From positions 5,580,001-5,644,000 of the forward strand of contig NC_043006.1 in assembly GCF_006345805.1 (NCBI RefSeq): a DNA stretch of 64,000 nucleotides, in the 5' to 3' direction. The stretch is from Octopus sinensis (Eukaryota). The notes under the pieces were generated by a model. That model made no database searches, was not told where the DNA came from, and saw only the letters and a program-made list of their open reading frames with translations. Below are positions 13,405 through 23,773 of this stretch, piece after piece (positions within the stretch are counted from its first letter, which is position 1; the number at the start of each line of letters is the position of its first letter). The position numbers were made by a program, and so were the translations under genes.

Positions 13405-13865
13405 TATTCTTCTATTTGTTTCAGTCATTTGACTGCAGCCATGCTGGAGCACAACCTTTTAGTCGAAGAAATCGACTTATTCTTTGTAAGCCTGGTATTT
13501 ATTCTGTCGTGTTTCTTTGCCGAACCGCTATGTAATTGGGACGTAAACACATCAACATCGGTTGTCAAGCGATGGTGTGTGTGTGTTGGGGGCACAAACA
13601 CACACACACAAACACACACACACAAACACAAACACACGCACACAAACACACACACACAAACACACTCATATATATAAGGAAGGTCGTATATATATATATA
13701 TATATACGACATTCTTTCGTTTTCCGTCTTCCAAATCCATTGACAAGGCTTTGGTCGGCCGGGGGCTATAGTAGAAGACATTTTCTCAAGGTGACACGCA
13801 GTGGGTTTGAACCCGGAACCATGTGGTTGGGAATCAAGATTCTTACAACACAGCCCCAACCGTGC
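13405..13865 (-). mobile_element. Family A SINE, intronic (duplicated at ~25885-26345)
   Basis: Full family A head/body/tail on the minus strand. Confidence 0.9.
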
Positions 13866-14080
13866 CATATCAAATTTTATGAAAATAGATTTTTCACGGT
13901 GGGATTGATTAGGAATTCAGAATTGCTTGGGAATTTTTTATGACTAAAATTTCAAGAGACTTGTAGTGGTATTGTATAATCCATTATTCTATTTATTTAC
14001 AGTGCGTAAAATATATAAATTTTAATCTTCCTATCCATTTTATATATCTTAACTGGTATTTATTATTTTTTTTCTTATAG

Positions 14081-14751
14081 CAGGAAGATCTCAAGCAAGG
14101 TCGATCAAATATGACAGGATTCGCGATTATATGAGTACGATGCCGCGGGATATAATAGGCAAAAATATGGCGATGATACCCGATTATCCGACTATGCCAG
14201 CAGAAGACATCTATAAAAAGTCAATGATGGATATAATAGGCAAGAATATGGCCATGATACCCGATTATGCGACCATACCTGCAGATGCCTACAATAAAAG
14301 ATCAATTAAAAGCAAGAAAAGTGCGATGATAGCCGATTATGCGACAATACCTGCAGATGCTTACAATAAAAGATCAATGAAAGGCAAGAAAAGTGCGATG
14401 ATAGCCGATTATGCGACTATACCTGCAGATGCTTCCATTATGCAATCAAGGCCAATGGCGGACCATTATATCCAGGAAATACGCATGGGAATGAAAGACA
14501 TTGACTTTCGTCCAGTCACAGCCATTCCTCCAAACATTGCCTTACGTCCAATTGAGACGATAGGCAAGAAAAGTGCGATAGCCGATTATGCGGCTATACC
14601 TGCAGAAGACATCTATAAAAAATCAATGATAGATAAGATAGGCAAGAATATGGCCATGATACCCGATTATGCGGCTATACCTGCAGATGCCTACAGTATG
14701 AGATCAATGATGAACTACATGCCGACAGAATATATCTATGAAATAGAATGA
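14081..14751 (+). CDS. Secreted multi-copy peptide precursor copy A, coding exon 2 (repeat peptides with KK/KR/GK sites)
   Basis: Polypyrimidine tract + TAG|CAG| acceptor at 14080/14083; frame open upstream of the annotated Met (GRSQARSIKYDRIRDY-M14131); six DYxxxPA(D/E) repeats; stop TGA 14749-14751. Non-random, non-TE protein. Confidence 0.9.
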
Positions 14752-15247
14752 AAACGAATGCCATTCACAATTCGTCCAAAATATTTAGATAATGCCAGCA
14801 GAAAAATCTCAAATCCTGATGATAATGTCTATTGATACGAGGCATGCATCATTGTGAATGATACTCCATGTCTACTATCAGTGCATCTTCCTATAGATTT
14901 CCGTCAATAACAACAGATTAGTGCATACAATATAACAAACAAATCATTTGTTCAAAAATAACCAAAATAAACTTTTTCTTTTTTATTAATTTGCTAAAAT
15001 ATCTCTGCATAGCAATCAAGTATTTTTTCAACCTTGTTGGTTTCTCACATTATCACAAAATCTACAAATGATGAGAAGAGAAGGAAATAGTGTATGTTTC
15101 TTCCAACCAAGATTAAATATCTGATTACCTGGAGATTATATCAATATATATCAATATGCTAACAAAAATCTATTCAAACATTTGATTTTATGTGATTTCT
15201 TGAAATATTCTTATACAAAAATCTGTTTATAGTGGATATATTTGATT

Positions 15248-15253
15248 AATAAA
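15248..15253 (+). terminator. Candidate polyadenylation signal of copy A (copy B equivalent 27728-27733)
   Basis: AATAAA ~500 nt after the stop, followed by T/GT-rich sequence; conserved in both copies. AT-rich context makes chance hits common. Confidence 0.4.
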
Positions 15254-15647
15254 ACACTTCTTTAATGCGCTTTTAATGTCGAGTTGTTCTTCATTTGCCT
15301 GTTTGTACTTTTTATGAAGTCAAATAATATTAGAATGGTTTAGCTATCATGTTCAGGGGTACACATTCTTAAGATCTATATCCCGACATCGCATTCGTCA
15401 AAAAGGTGTCTTTGTAAACAATATCTGAAATATCATAAAATTGCTGTTGACGCGATATATTTTAGTAAGGGACTTGCTTCCTAAGAAAAAAGACATCTCT
15501 CAGCTTATTAAGAAACGATTTCTCAAATTATGGCAGTATTAGAAATGAGTATTATTTTCTAGCAGGAGCAGACGAAATGAGTTCTGGTGATAGACTTGAT
15601 GTAATTGTATCACCTGCAACGATACCTCACCAAAAAATATGTAGAGT

Positions 15648-16065
15648 TACTCTCTTTTACTCTTTACTCTTTTACTTGTTTCAGTCATTTGACTGCGGCC
15701 ATGCTGGAGCACCGCCTTTAGTCGAGCAAATTGACCCCGGGACTTATTCTTTGTAAGCCCAGTACTTATTCATCGGTCTCTTTTGCCGAACCGCTAAGTG
15801 ACGGGGACATAAACACACCAGCATCGGTTGTCAAGCAATGCTAGGGGACAAACACAGACACAAACACACACACTTATATATATATATATATATACATATA
15901 TACGATAGGCTTCTTTCAGTTTCCGTCTACCAAATCCACTCACAAGGCATTGGTCGGCCCGGGGCTATAGCAGAAGACACTTGCCCAAGATGCCACGCAG
16001 TGGGACTGAAACTGGAACCATGTGGTTGGTTAGCAAACTACTTACCACACAGCCACTCCTGCGCC
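15648..16065 (-). mobile_element. Family A SINE (duplicated at ~28128-28522, which has a small internal deletion)
   Basis: Full family A structure on the minus strand. Confidence 0.9.
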
Positions 16066-16689
16066 TAGTGTTGAGTCAAGTTTCAAAATCTTTATTATTG
16101 TTTGTAATGATGATGCTGATACTTCTTGTTATAGACAAGAAGCAACTGCATTAACTTTCTTTATTATCTTATGGTATTCATGGAGGTATCAGGAATCTTT
16201 TTTAAACCATTTGTTTTCTATTGAATTAATATAGTAAGAAGACAAACGGGACAACGAAACATAACCCTCTCAAAGAGTACATAATTGAAATTCTGCCTCG
16301 TTTTCTTTTAGCATAAAGCTCCTATATTTATAAAAGGGACAATAATAAAGCGGGTAAGAAGGAGTGAGTTACAATTTCCACGCCATTCTCTCTGGGAAGT
16401 AACTACCACTAGTAACAAAATAACAGCCCCAACAGATCTCTTCATGAGCTTAATTCATGATTTAGGTAGAATGCAGTTAGCATTACTTTGCTAGAAAGAA
16501 AAAAAAAACAATCATCGAAATAATTCTACATAATTTTATGTAATTTCTTTAAAATTTTTAAAATCTTTTTTTTTCAGAGCTATATATATTAGTAAATATA
16601 AGTAAAATTAATGAACACATTTGAAGAAACAGTTTCTTACAATTAATTACTTGAGTGGGGTTTTCATTCCGATCTGCATCTCATGTGTA

Positions 16690-16945
16690 CCTCACCTCCC
16701 AAAACGCTGACTTTCCCTTCAATTGTCCAAAGACCACAATTCATCTCATGCCACCCCATACACACCAGAATGAATATCCCCTTCAGGCTAGCAAAAAGGA
16801 TTTGTACTACTTTTCTAATGCAAGCACCAGGGACACACGATTACATGAACTAAAGGATACACTCATCACCAAGAACCACCCACCTTCACTAATTGACATA
16901 TGCCTTCAACGTGTCCTACAACTCAACATCCACGAACTGGACGAT
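16690..16945 (+). pseudogene. Penelope-like retroelement RT C-terminal fragment, frameshifted (duplicated at ~29160-29415)
   Basis: Joined frames read SCHPIHTRMNIPFRLAKRICT...RDTRLHELKDTLITKNHPPSLID, matching the PLE thumb pattern SxHPxHxKxxIP...RIC...RL.EL...LI. Confidence 0.75.
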
Positions 16946-17569
16946 GTTACTGTTTTTTAACTCCAAGAGACATCGTTTCTAGCTGGCTATACGACATAAT
17001 ATTTTGTCCTTATATTCTAACCGGGCAATAACCCAGAAACTAGTCCACAGATGTTGTTTTGCGCTAGATGGGAGTACTGAACTCCCTGGTCCAAAATATA
17101 AGGACACAGGTTTTGTGTCGTATAGCCAGCTAGAAACGATGTTTCTTGAGGCTAAACAACAGTAACCTCGCCCCTTCCAGGACAGCCATATTATGTTGTC
17201 AAATAGCCTTTACTTTAAAGAACTTTACTAAATGTCTCTCTCTGAGGGCTTTAGAAATAATAACATTTATATATCTCTTATCTTATGATAAAAGGCAGAT
17301 TTTCTCTGCCTCCCAATCCGTTCGTTTTTTATACAATTCTACAATATAGAATTTCTTCAAGTGGAATTTACCTATCATTTTTACAAGTAGATTCCATCGG
17401 GTCGTGGCATGTAAATTTTTTTCAATTTCACCCCCAATTAAGCAAAAATTCGAGAAAAGTAAATATTTTACGATTTCCCTCTTTCATTTCAAATGCTTCA
17501 CTCCTACCATTACCACTACACTTTCTCCTCCTTTCTCTTTGCAAGTGTGCAAAACTTAAAGTGAAAGTA

Positions 17570-18290
17570 TTTATATAAAAGGGATGAGCAATTAATACTG
17601 GTCATCCTTTTTGCTAGAAGATCCGCTGTGGTCTCATATGCTACACCACTGGTTTTCAGTTCATATTAATCAAATTAATATTCAATTTTTCACCCTTATT
17701 ATGTGTGTGTGTATTAGCAATTCGTATAAAATTGCATCTATGACTTGAACTTGAATAAGTGGTTTCACATAAATGGGGATACATTAAAAAGGTTTGTTGT
17801 TATTATTATTACTGTTTAACTATTGTTATCACGTTTGTTGGTTCCTCGTCAGGGAAACGTTGTTGTGTTGCATTTGTTAAATAATTGTAAACCGTAACCC
17901 TCTCCCTTTGGGAGAAGGAGCTTTAGTTATTGTTTAAAAATTGAATTGTGTCCCTGTTTGGGGAAATTGACAATATTTTCACAGTTTATACGGAAGCATT
18001 TTTGTTAAAATGCCTTCGATAGAAGAAAGTCCAAAAATGAATTTCGCTGCAGCCGTACACTTCTATACAAGAGGGAGGACAAGATCCAATTGATCGAAAT
18101 TGCAAGAGACGGGCCTACAATTCCAGTCTGTTATATATTTTGAGTATTGTTATCACTAGCGATATCAAGATATAACTTTCTATTTTGTATTTTATGTGTA
18201 GATGTATATATATATATAGATGTACATGTAATATGTACATATATATATATATATACACATATATACATGCATAATATATCTACCCATGCA
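17570..18290 (+). mobile_element. Non-autonomous Helitron, same family as the intronic ones, opposite orientation
   Basis: 17710-18290 is the reverse complement (with deletions) of ~11500-12650; 17590-17700 matches 7730-7830 inverted. Confidence 0.7.
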
Positions 18291-18383
18291 CACACACGTA
18301 CACACACATACACACACACACACACATACATAGGGGCAGGTGTGGCTGTGTGGTAAACTACGTTCGAAGATACTGTACTTGAT

Positions 18384-18657
18384 ATGGGCGGTAGTGCCTT
18401 GCCGGTCTATGGCCTACCTTCAACAAACCGGGAAGGCACATACACTCTGTCTTCACATTTGCTGCGTGAGACATGTTTTAATGTTGACGAGCTTGCCGAG
18501 TACGTAACCGACAATGAGCCAAAGCTCTTTCCAGAACAGAAGTTCGCTTACAACTCCGTTGTTAATTCAGTCCGGGCCAAAGCTGGGGAGATATTTTTCC
18601 TGGACGCTCCTGGAACACTGGGAAAACTTTTCTCAACAAATTAATATTGGCTGAGAT
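18384..18657 (+). pseudogene. Helitron RepHel PIF1-type helicase fragment
   Basis: MGG..LPVYGLP...LLRET...NEPKL.PEQK.AYN.V..SV....G.IFFLDAPG; a frameshift restores (G)TGKTFLNKLILAEI, the Walker A motif of Helitron helicases. Confidence 0.85.
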
Positions 18658-19610
18658 ACCTGTATTTATTATTGGTAGAATAAAAGTGTTAAAAAGCGAA
18701 ATGAACTTGTACAGGCGCCGGTGCATTTTTGCCAAAAATCTATATTTACCTTTATCACATTCTTGAGAGTTTACGCTCAGGAAATTTCATAAGATAACAC
18801 ATTTTGAAATCTCAATGAAATATTTCAGATTTAATACGGTCGCCATATCAGTAGATTTTTCCAACTATTGGTTTCCAGGCTCATAGAGAATTTTTGAACG
18901 AAAATAATACAATCAATTGCATCAACACAAGTAAAAAAAAATATATATTTCTTTACTACCCACAAGGGGCTAAACATAGAGAGGACAAACAAGGACGGAC
19001 AAAGGGATTATGCCGATTACATTGACCCCAGTGCGTAACTGGTACTTAATTTATCGACCCCGAAAGGATGAAAGGTAATGTCGACCTCGGCGGAATTTGA
19101 ACTCAGAACGTAACGGCAGACGAAATATGGCTACGTATTTCGCACGGAGTGCTAACGTTTCTGCCAGGTCGCCGCCTTCATCAATATATTAATAAAATCT
19201 ATCTTCGTCGCTAGTAGACTTTGAACTCAGAATGAGACTGACACTATGTACACATGGTTATCTAAAATTTTGAACAATGGCAGTTTAAAACTGGCACTAT
19301 GTAAATATACTTTGCTAATGGCAGTATTATATAATACTGACTCAGTATTTTATCCGTTACATTGACATGAATTGATTTTGTGGTGAGAGCTTTTCATATC
19401 GAAAATAATAATGTAAGCAATTACATTTTTCAGGAGTCAAATTTTGACATTGCCCACCCTCCCCAGGATAGTGTCCATTAGCTCCGTCTTTGTCACCCTT
19501 GTCCCGAACATTCAAGATACTATACATTAATCCTTCTTTTGTTATTCCTGTTCCGCCTCTTTGAGATATACGTTAGGCGCTTTGTCCGCCATTTTATGCC
19601 TGAAATCATC

Positions 19611-19640
19611 TATATAAGTGAGTAAGTCCGCTTATCGGTC
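19611..19640 (+). promoter_or_regulatory. Core promoter of copy B (TATA intact, Inr TCAGTC changed to TCGGTC)
   Basis: TATATAAG at 19611; G at 19637 where copy A has the predicted +1 A. Confidence 0.65.
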
Positions 19641-20169
19641 AGACTGTAAAGTGTCGAAATTTGACTTCAATTCTCGAACCTTCCATTTCGCCGATTTTCT
19701 TCAGACAAGGTAGAAAAGTTGTTTTCTCTATTTCCAGATCATAGTTTTCCACTTCAGCAAAGTTTTCCTACTGTTATTCTGAAGATTGCCACACATTTCT
19801 AACATTATAATGAATACTTGTCTTTATATGTTGCACTTCAATTTTTATATCTATTGCATAAGGTGGGATGTCTTCGTGAAAGAAGCATTTACACTACAAA
19901 ATATTCTAAAATAGCATTCGCTCCGTTTTAGCAATCGTGTCACTGAGCTCATTTCTTGTATTTTCAGCTATAGATTCAACAGCCTCGGTTAGTAACCTGC
20001 TAAAGAATTTTCTTTCTAATAATATAAGTTGTAAAAATAAATTGCTAATCGAAATACATGAACATTTTCTAACGTCTATTCATTATATATTGGCCCTAAA
20101 TGCATGATCATACAGTTCAAAAGTAATTCCCTTTGTCTATAGACGTACATTTCTTGATTGCAGGTAAAG

Positions 20170-20215
20170 ATGCAGAAGTATTTGATTCTAGCCTGCTGCT
20201 TCCTCATTTTCAATG
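20170..20215 (+). CDS. Secreted peptide precursor copy B, coding exon 1 (signal peptide)
   Basis: Identical to 11323-11368; acceptor TTGCAG| at 20163; donor G|GTGAGT at 20216. Confidence 0.87.
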
Positions 20216-20376
20216 GTGAGTTAAGATCTTTATCCAAATATGATGAAAATTCATTCTTTAATATTTTTCTCGTTAGATTAGCACATATATAATACTAGCA
20301 TTATGACCCGTCGTTGTCGGTCATAGTGCTAGTGCATGTACATATGTGTATATATATACGTGTACATATTACATGT

Positions 20377-23300
20377 TAGTTAGTTAGTTAATTTGGCTCA
20401 AAAGCAAATAGCAAGGCCATGTAGGGGGACATAGAGTTAAGTACAGGGTGGTGTTCATGTAAAGAGTTCCGGCCACTTGAGGTCCAGGGAGGCTTTGAAC
20501 AAAGCGGTCGTCGGCATCTTCACCATCTCGTCTGGCAGCTTGTTCCACGGATCCGCAACCCGGACGGAGAAAGCTCCTCTCCTTCGATTGAGATGAAATC
20601 GTCGCAGGTAGAGCTTTTCGGAATGACCCCGCAGCCGACGCTCTGGAGCAGGAGTGAAGAACAGCTCTTTCGAGAGGTTACACTTTCCGCTTATGATGTT
20701 GTGGGCGAGAATGAATCACCACGGCGGCGGCGTTTTTCAAGAGAATAAAGGTCGAGCATCCTCAGCCTTTCTTCGTAGGACAAAGTTTTGAGACCATGAA
20801 CCATGCGGGTAGCCAGCTTCTGGACTCTTTCGAGATGCTGTATGTCTTTGAGGAGATAAGGAGAAGAGGCTTGAATCCCATACTCCAATATGGGTCTCAC
20901 CAGCGTGACATAGAGTGGTAGGAATATGGCTGCTGTGAGCATTCCGAATGACCGTCGAATCAAGAACAGAATTCCGCGTGCTTTGTTGGCAGCATGGACG
21001 CACTGGGCTGAAGGCGAAAAGGAGGAATCCACCAAGATACCCAGGTCCTTTACCTGATCGGTCCTCTCCAGCAGCAGACGACCCGGCTCGAAATCAAGTT
21101 GAGTTGCAGGAGTAGAGCCGACAGGCAGATGACAGCACTTTGACACGTTCAGACACAGGTCCCAATCGTTAGACCACTTCCAAATTTGGTGGAGGCATCG
21201 ACGAAGATCCTCTATATCACCGCGAGGAGCGACCAGTTTGATATCGTCGGCAAATAGAAGGGTGTGTTGCGTGAGGTCGTCGGGCAAGTCATTTATGAAG
21301 ACTAAGAACAACAAGGGCCCAAGCACTGAACCTTGAGGCACGCCACTGATCGCACTGGAGACGTCGGACCGCGAACCATTAACTTGGACTTGGAAGGAGC
21401 GATCTGAGAGGAAGGCACCAACCCATCGTACAATATCCGGATGGAAACTATATGCTTGAAGCTTGACAAGTAATAGGCGGTGGTTTACCGAGTCAAAAGC
21501 TTTGGCAAAGTCCAATAAAACGATGTCAACAGCATCACTATCACCGAGGATGCGCGTCACCAATTCTTCCATTACTAGTAAGTTGGTCAAGCATGATCTC
21601 TTCGGCACGAAGCCGTGTTGGGAATCAGAGATAGAGGCTGTGTTTAGGAGGTGGAGCATCATACTTTTCTTAAGGATGGTTTCGAACATCTTGCTGATTA
21701 TTGATGTAAGGGAAACCGGTCGGTAGTTAAGCGGGTCTTCGCGGCTCCCTTTCTTGAAAATTGGGCAGATTATCGCTGTTCTCCAGTCTGCAGGTATAAC
21801 ACCCGTCGCCAATGACATATTGAATAGTCGTGTTAAGGGCTCGCAGATGACCGGAGCCAACGCTTTGATAACCCGTGGGTGTATGCCGTCAGGGCCGTGA
21901 CCCTTGTTGACATCGAGGCCTTGAATAACACGTTTGACTTCGTCCCGCGTGATGACCAATCGAAGCATTGGAGGTACCGATCTAACAAATGGAGGGGGTT
22001 CACGACCATCATCTTGCTTGAAAATAGTTGAAAAATCCTCGGCAAATAATTGACTCTGTTGATAAGGGTCCTCAATCGATACGCCTGTTGAGTCTACCAA
22101 CGTTGTAATATGGTTGTTCAAGCGGAAATTCCGCTGGACATGGGCAAAGAAGGTTTTTGGATTGCTACTGGCATTTGCCGCGATTTTGTATTCATAACTG
22201 CAGCGTTCTTTCTTTTCAATTTTCACGGCTCGGTCTCGTTGAGTTTTGTACACCTCAAAAGCTGCAGTCGAATCCAGATTTTTGAATTCAGCCCAAGCAA
22301 TATCTCTGAGTCGACGTTCTCGTTTAACCTTCTTCGTCACCCAGGGCTTGTGTTTCTTCCTCTTGGGAAGCCCAACGGGAACTGCCTGGTCAGTCAAACA
22401 GATTACATATGCTTTGAGGGATGACCATAGTTCGTCAACTGAGGACAACGTCATCAGAGATCGCCAGTCCAGAAGCGCGGAAGCCTCGGTTAGAATTTCA
22501 AGATTAATTGCAGAGAAGACTCTACGTGGCAGCGAAGTAGTCGTGGGCGTAGAAAAAGTTGTGTGCATGACGAACTTCAGGACCGCATGATCACTCTTGG
22601 CAAGAGGGGCGCACACAGATACGTCTGACACTGATCTTGGATAGCGGGAGAATACCAGATCTAGCATAGATGGCTGCTGCCCAGACCGATGCCTTGTCGG
22701 ATATTCAACATGTTGCGATAGAAAACAATCTTCAGCCACGTCAAGAAAGGCCTGGCCGAACCGGGAAGATGTTGTACAAATTGATGCGGGCCAATCGATC
22801 GTGGGAGCGTTGAAGTCTCCTAGTACCAAACAGTCATGCGAAGCTGAAACGAATCTTATCGCCTCGAGTAAATGAGCATCGTCCTGGGGGTCGGCAAGAG
22901 GCGGCCTGTAGACAGCCAACACGGGCAGGCAAAACTCAGATAGGCTCAGCTTGCAATAGACGGCATCGAATTTTGTTGTAGGTTGAGCGTTAGTGGGTAG
23001 AATACCGCTGGACGGTTTGTGCTCAGACTTAACATACACAGCAACACCTCCACCTCGCCTTTTTCCTCTGTCACATCTGAAAAGGACGTAGCCCTGCAGG
23101 TGGATTTCTGAGTCCTTTACTGCTGGAGTCAGCCAAGTCTCGGTGATAGCTATCACATCAGGGGAGTCACGTATGGCCAGTGTAAATAGTTCACTGAACT
23201 TTGGGAATAAAGAGCACGAGTTGGTGTAGACGATGTTGAGCTGTGAAGTCTGAGGGGCGGGAGTTGGGGAACAAGCAGAATAAGGGGTATCAGAGATAGC

Positions 23301-23773
23301 ATCGTTGACGGGGGTATCAACTTCACTTCGATTTGCCCTCACATCACTTTCCCTGTCAGCACTACAGCATGGGACCAGAGGTAGGACTTGATTATCTGTC
23401 CATCTTGGATTCGTAAACCCTTCTCTCCCATTTGTTTCCTCATCTTTAGCTCGGATATTAGATTTCTCCGGCGAATTCTCTCTCTTAGTGAGTACTCCTC
23501 GCGAAAACCCATATTGGGGTCCTCCCAGGCATGCGTCTGAGCTCTGTTCAGAAAGACTGAAGCCTCCCGATCGGAGGAAAAGATTACCTTTATTGGCGTG
23601 GTCTAGTATCTGAGGTTGGGTTCGCTTGGAATCTTCCTAGCCGAGCGACCTTATGGACACTGACATTTTCGTTCACAGCGAACAATTCTCCAACTAAAAT
23701 GGAAACAAAATTAATGTCATCTTTTAGGCGGTTTATGCCTGTATCACAGGTGGATTCAGCTTTACCGTAAATT
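20377..23773 (-). mobile_element. CR1-clade non-LTR retrotransposon, 5'-truncated in ORF1, near-intact ORF2
   Basis: (TAAC)n tail; ATGT duplicated at 20373-76 and 23774-77 at a site that is empty in copy A; ORF1 C-terminal remnant (RLG...RPIKVIF...ELKMRKQMGEKGLRI) at ~23345-23773. Confidence 0.92.
20455..23342 (-). pseudogene. LINE ORF2: APE endonuclease + reverse transcriptase, one frameshift near the C-terminus
   Basis: APE motifs (YTN, AITETWL, GDFN, SDH) and RT motifs (GPDGI, YRPVSLTS, QHGF, DFAKAFD, GVPQGSVLGP, FADD) in an 883-aa ORF. A shift near 20715 restores the CR1 tail ...RGHS...FSVRVADPWNKLP...ELFT*. Confidence 0.92.

Larger units (their letters stand above)
9694..17274. repeat. 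Segmental tandem duplication, copy A (carries the peptide-precursor gene)
   Basis: Collinear with 18657-29750 from TACCTG(C/T)ATTTATTATTGGTAG to AATAACATTTATATAT, with shared SINEs, promoter, exons and Penelope remnant. Confidence 0.95.

Noticed and set aside
14131-14133. ATG 14131 (and 26612) as the true start codon
   Set aside because: The frame stays open upstream to a strong acceptor, and a phase-compatible signal-peptide exon exists.
14131-14751. Reflectin or known neuropeptide (FMRFamide, tachykinin, pedal peptide) assignment
   Set aside because: Met/Tyr/Asp-rich, but lacks the reflectin M/FD(X)5MD(X)5MD motif and any RFamide, FxGLM/FxGxRamide or other family signature I recognise.
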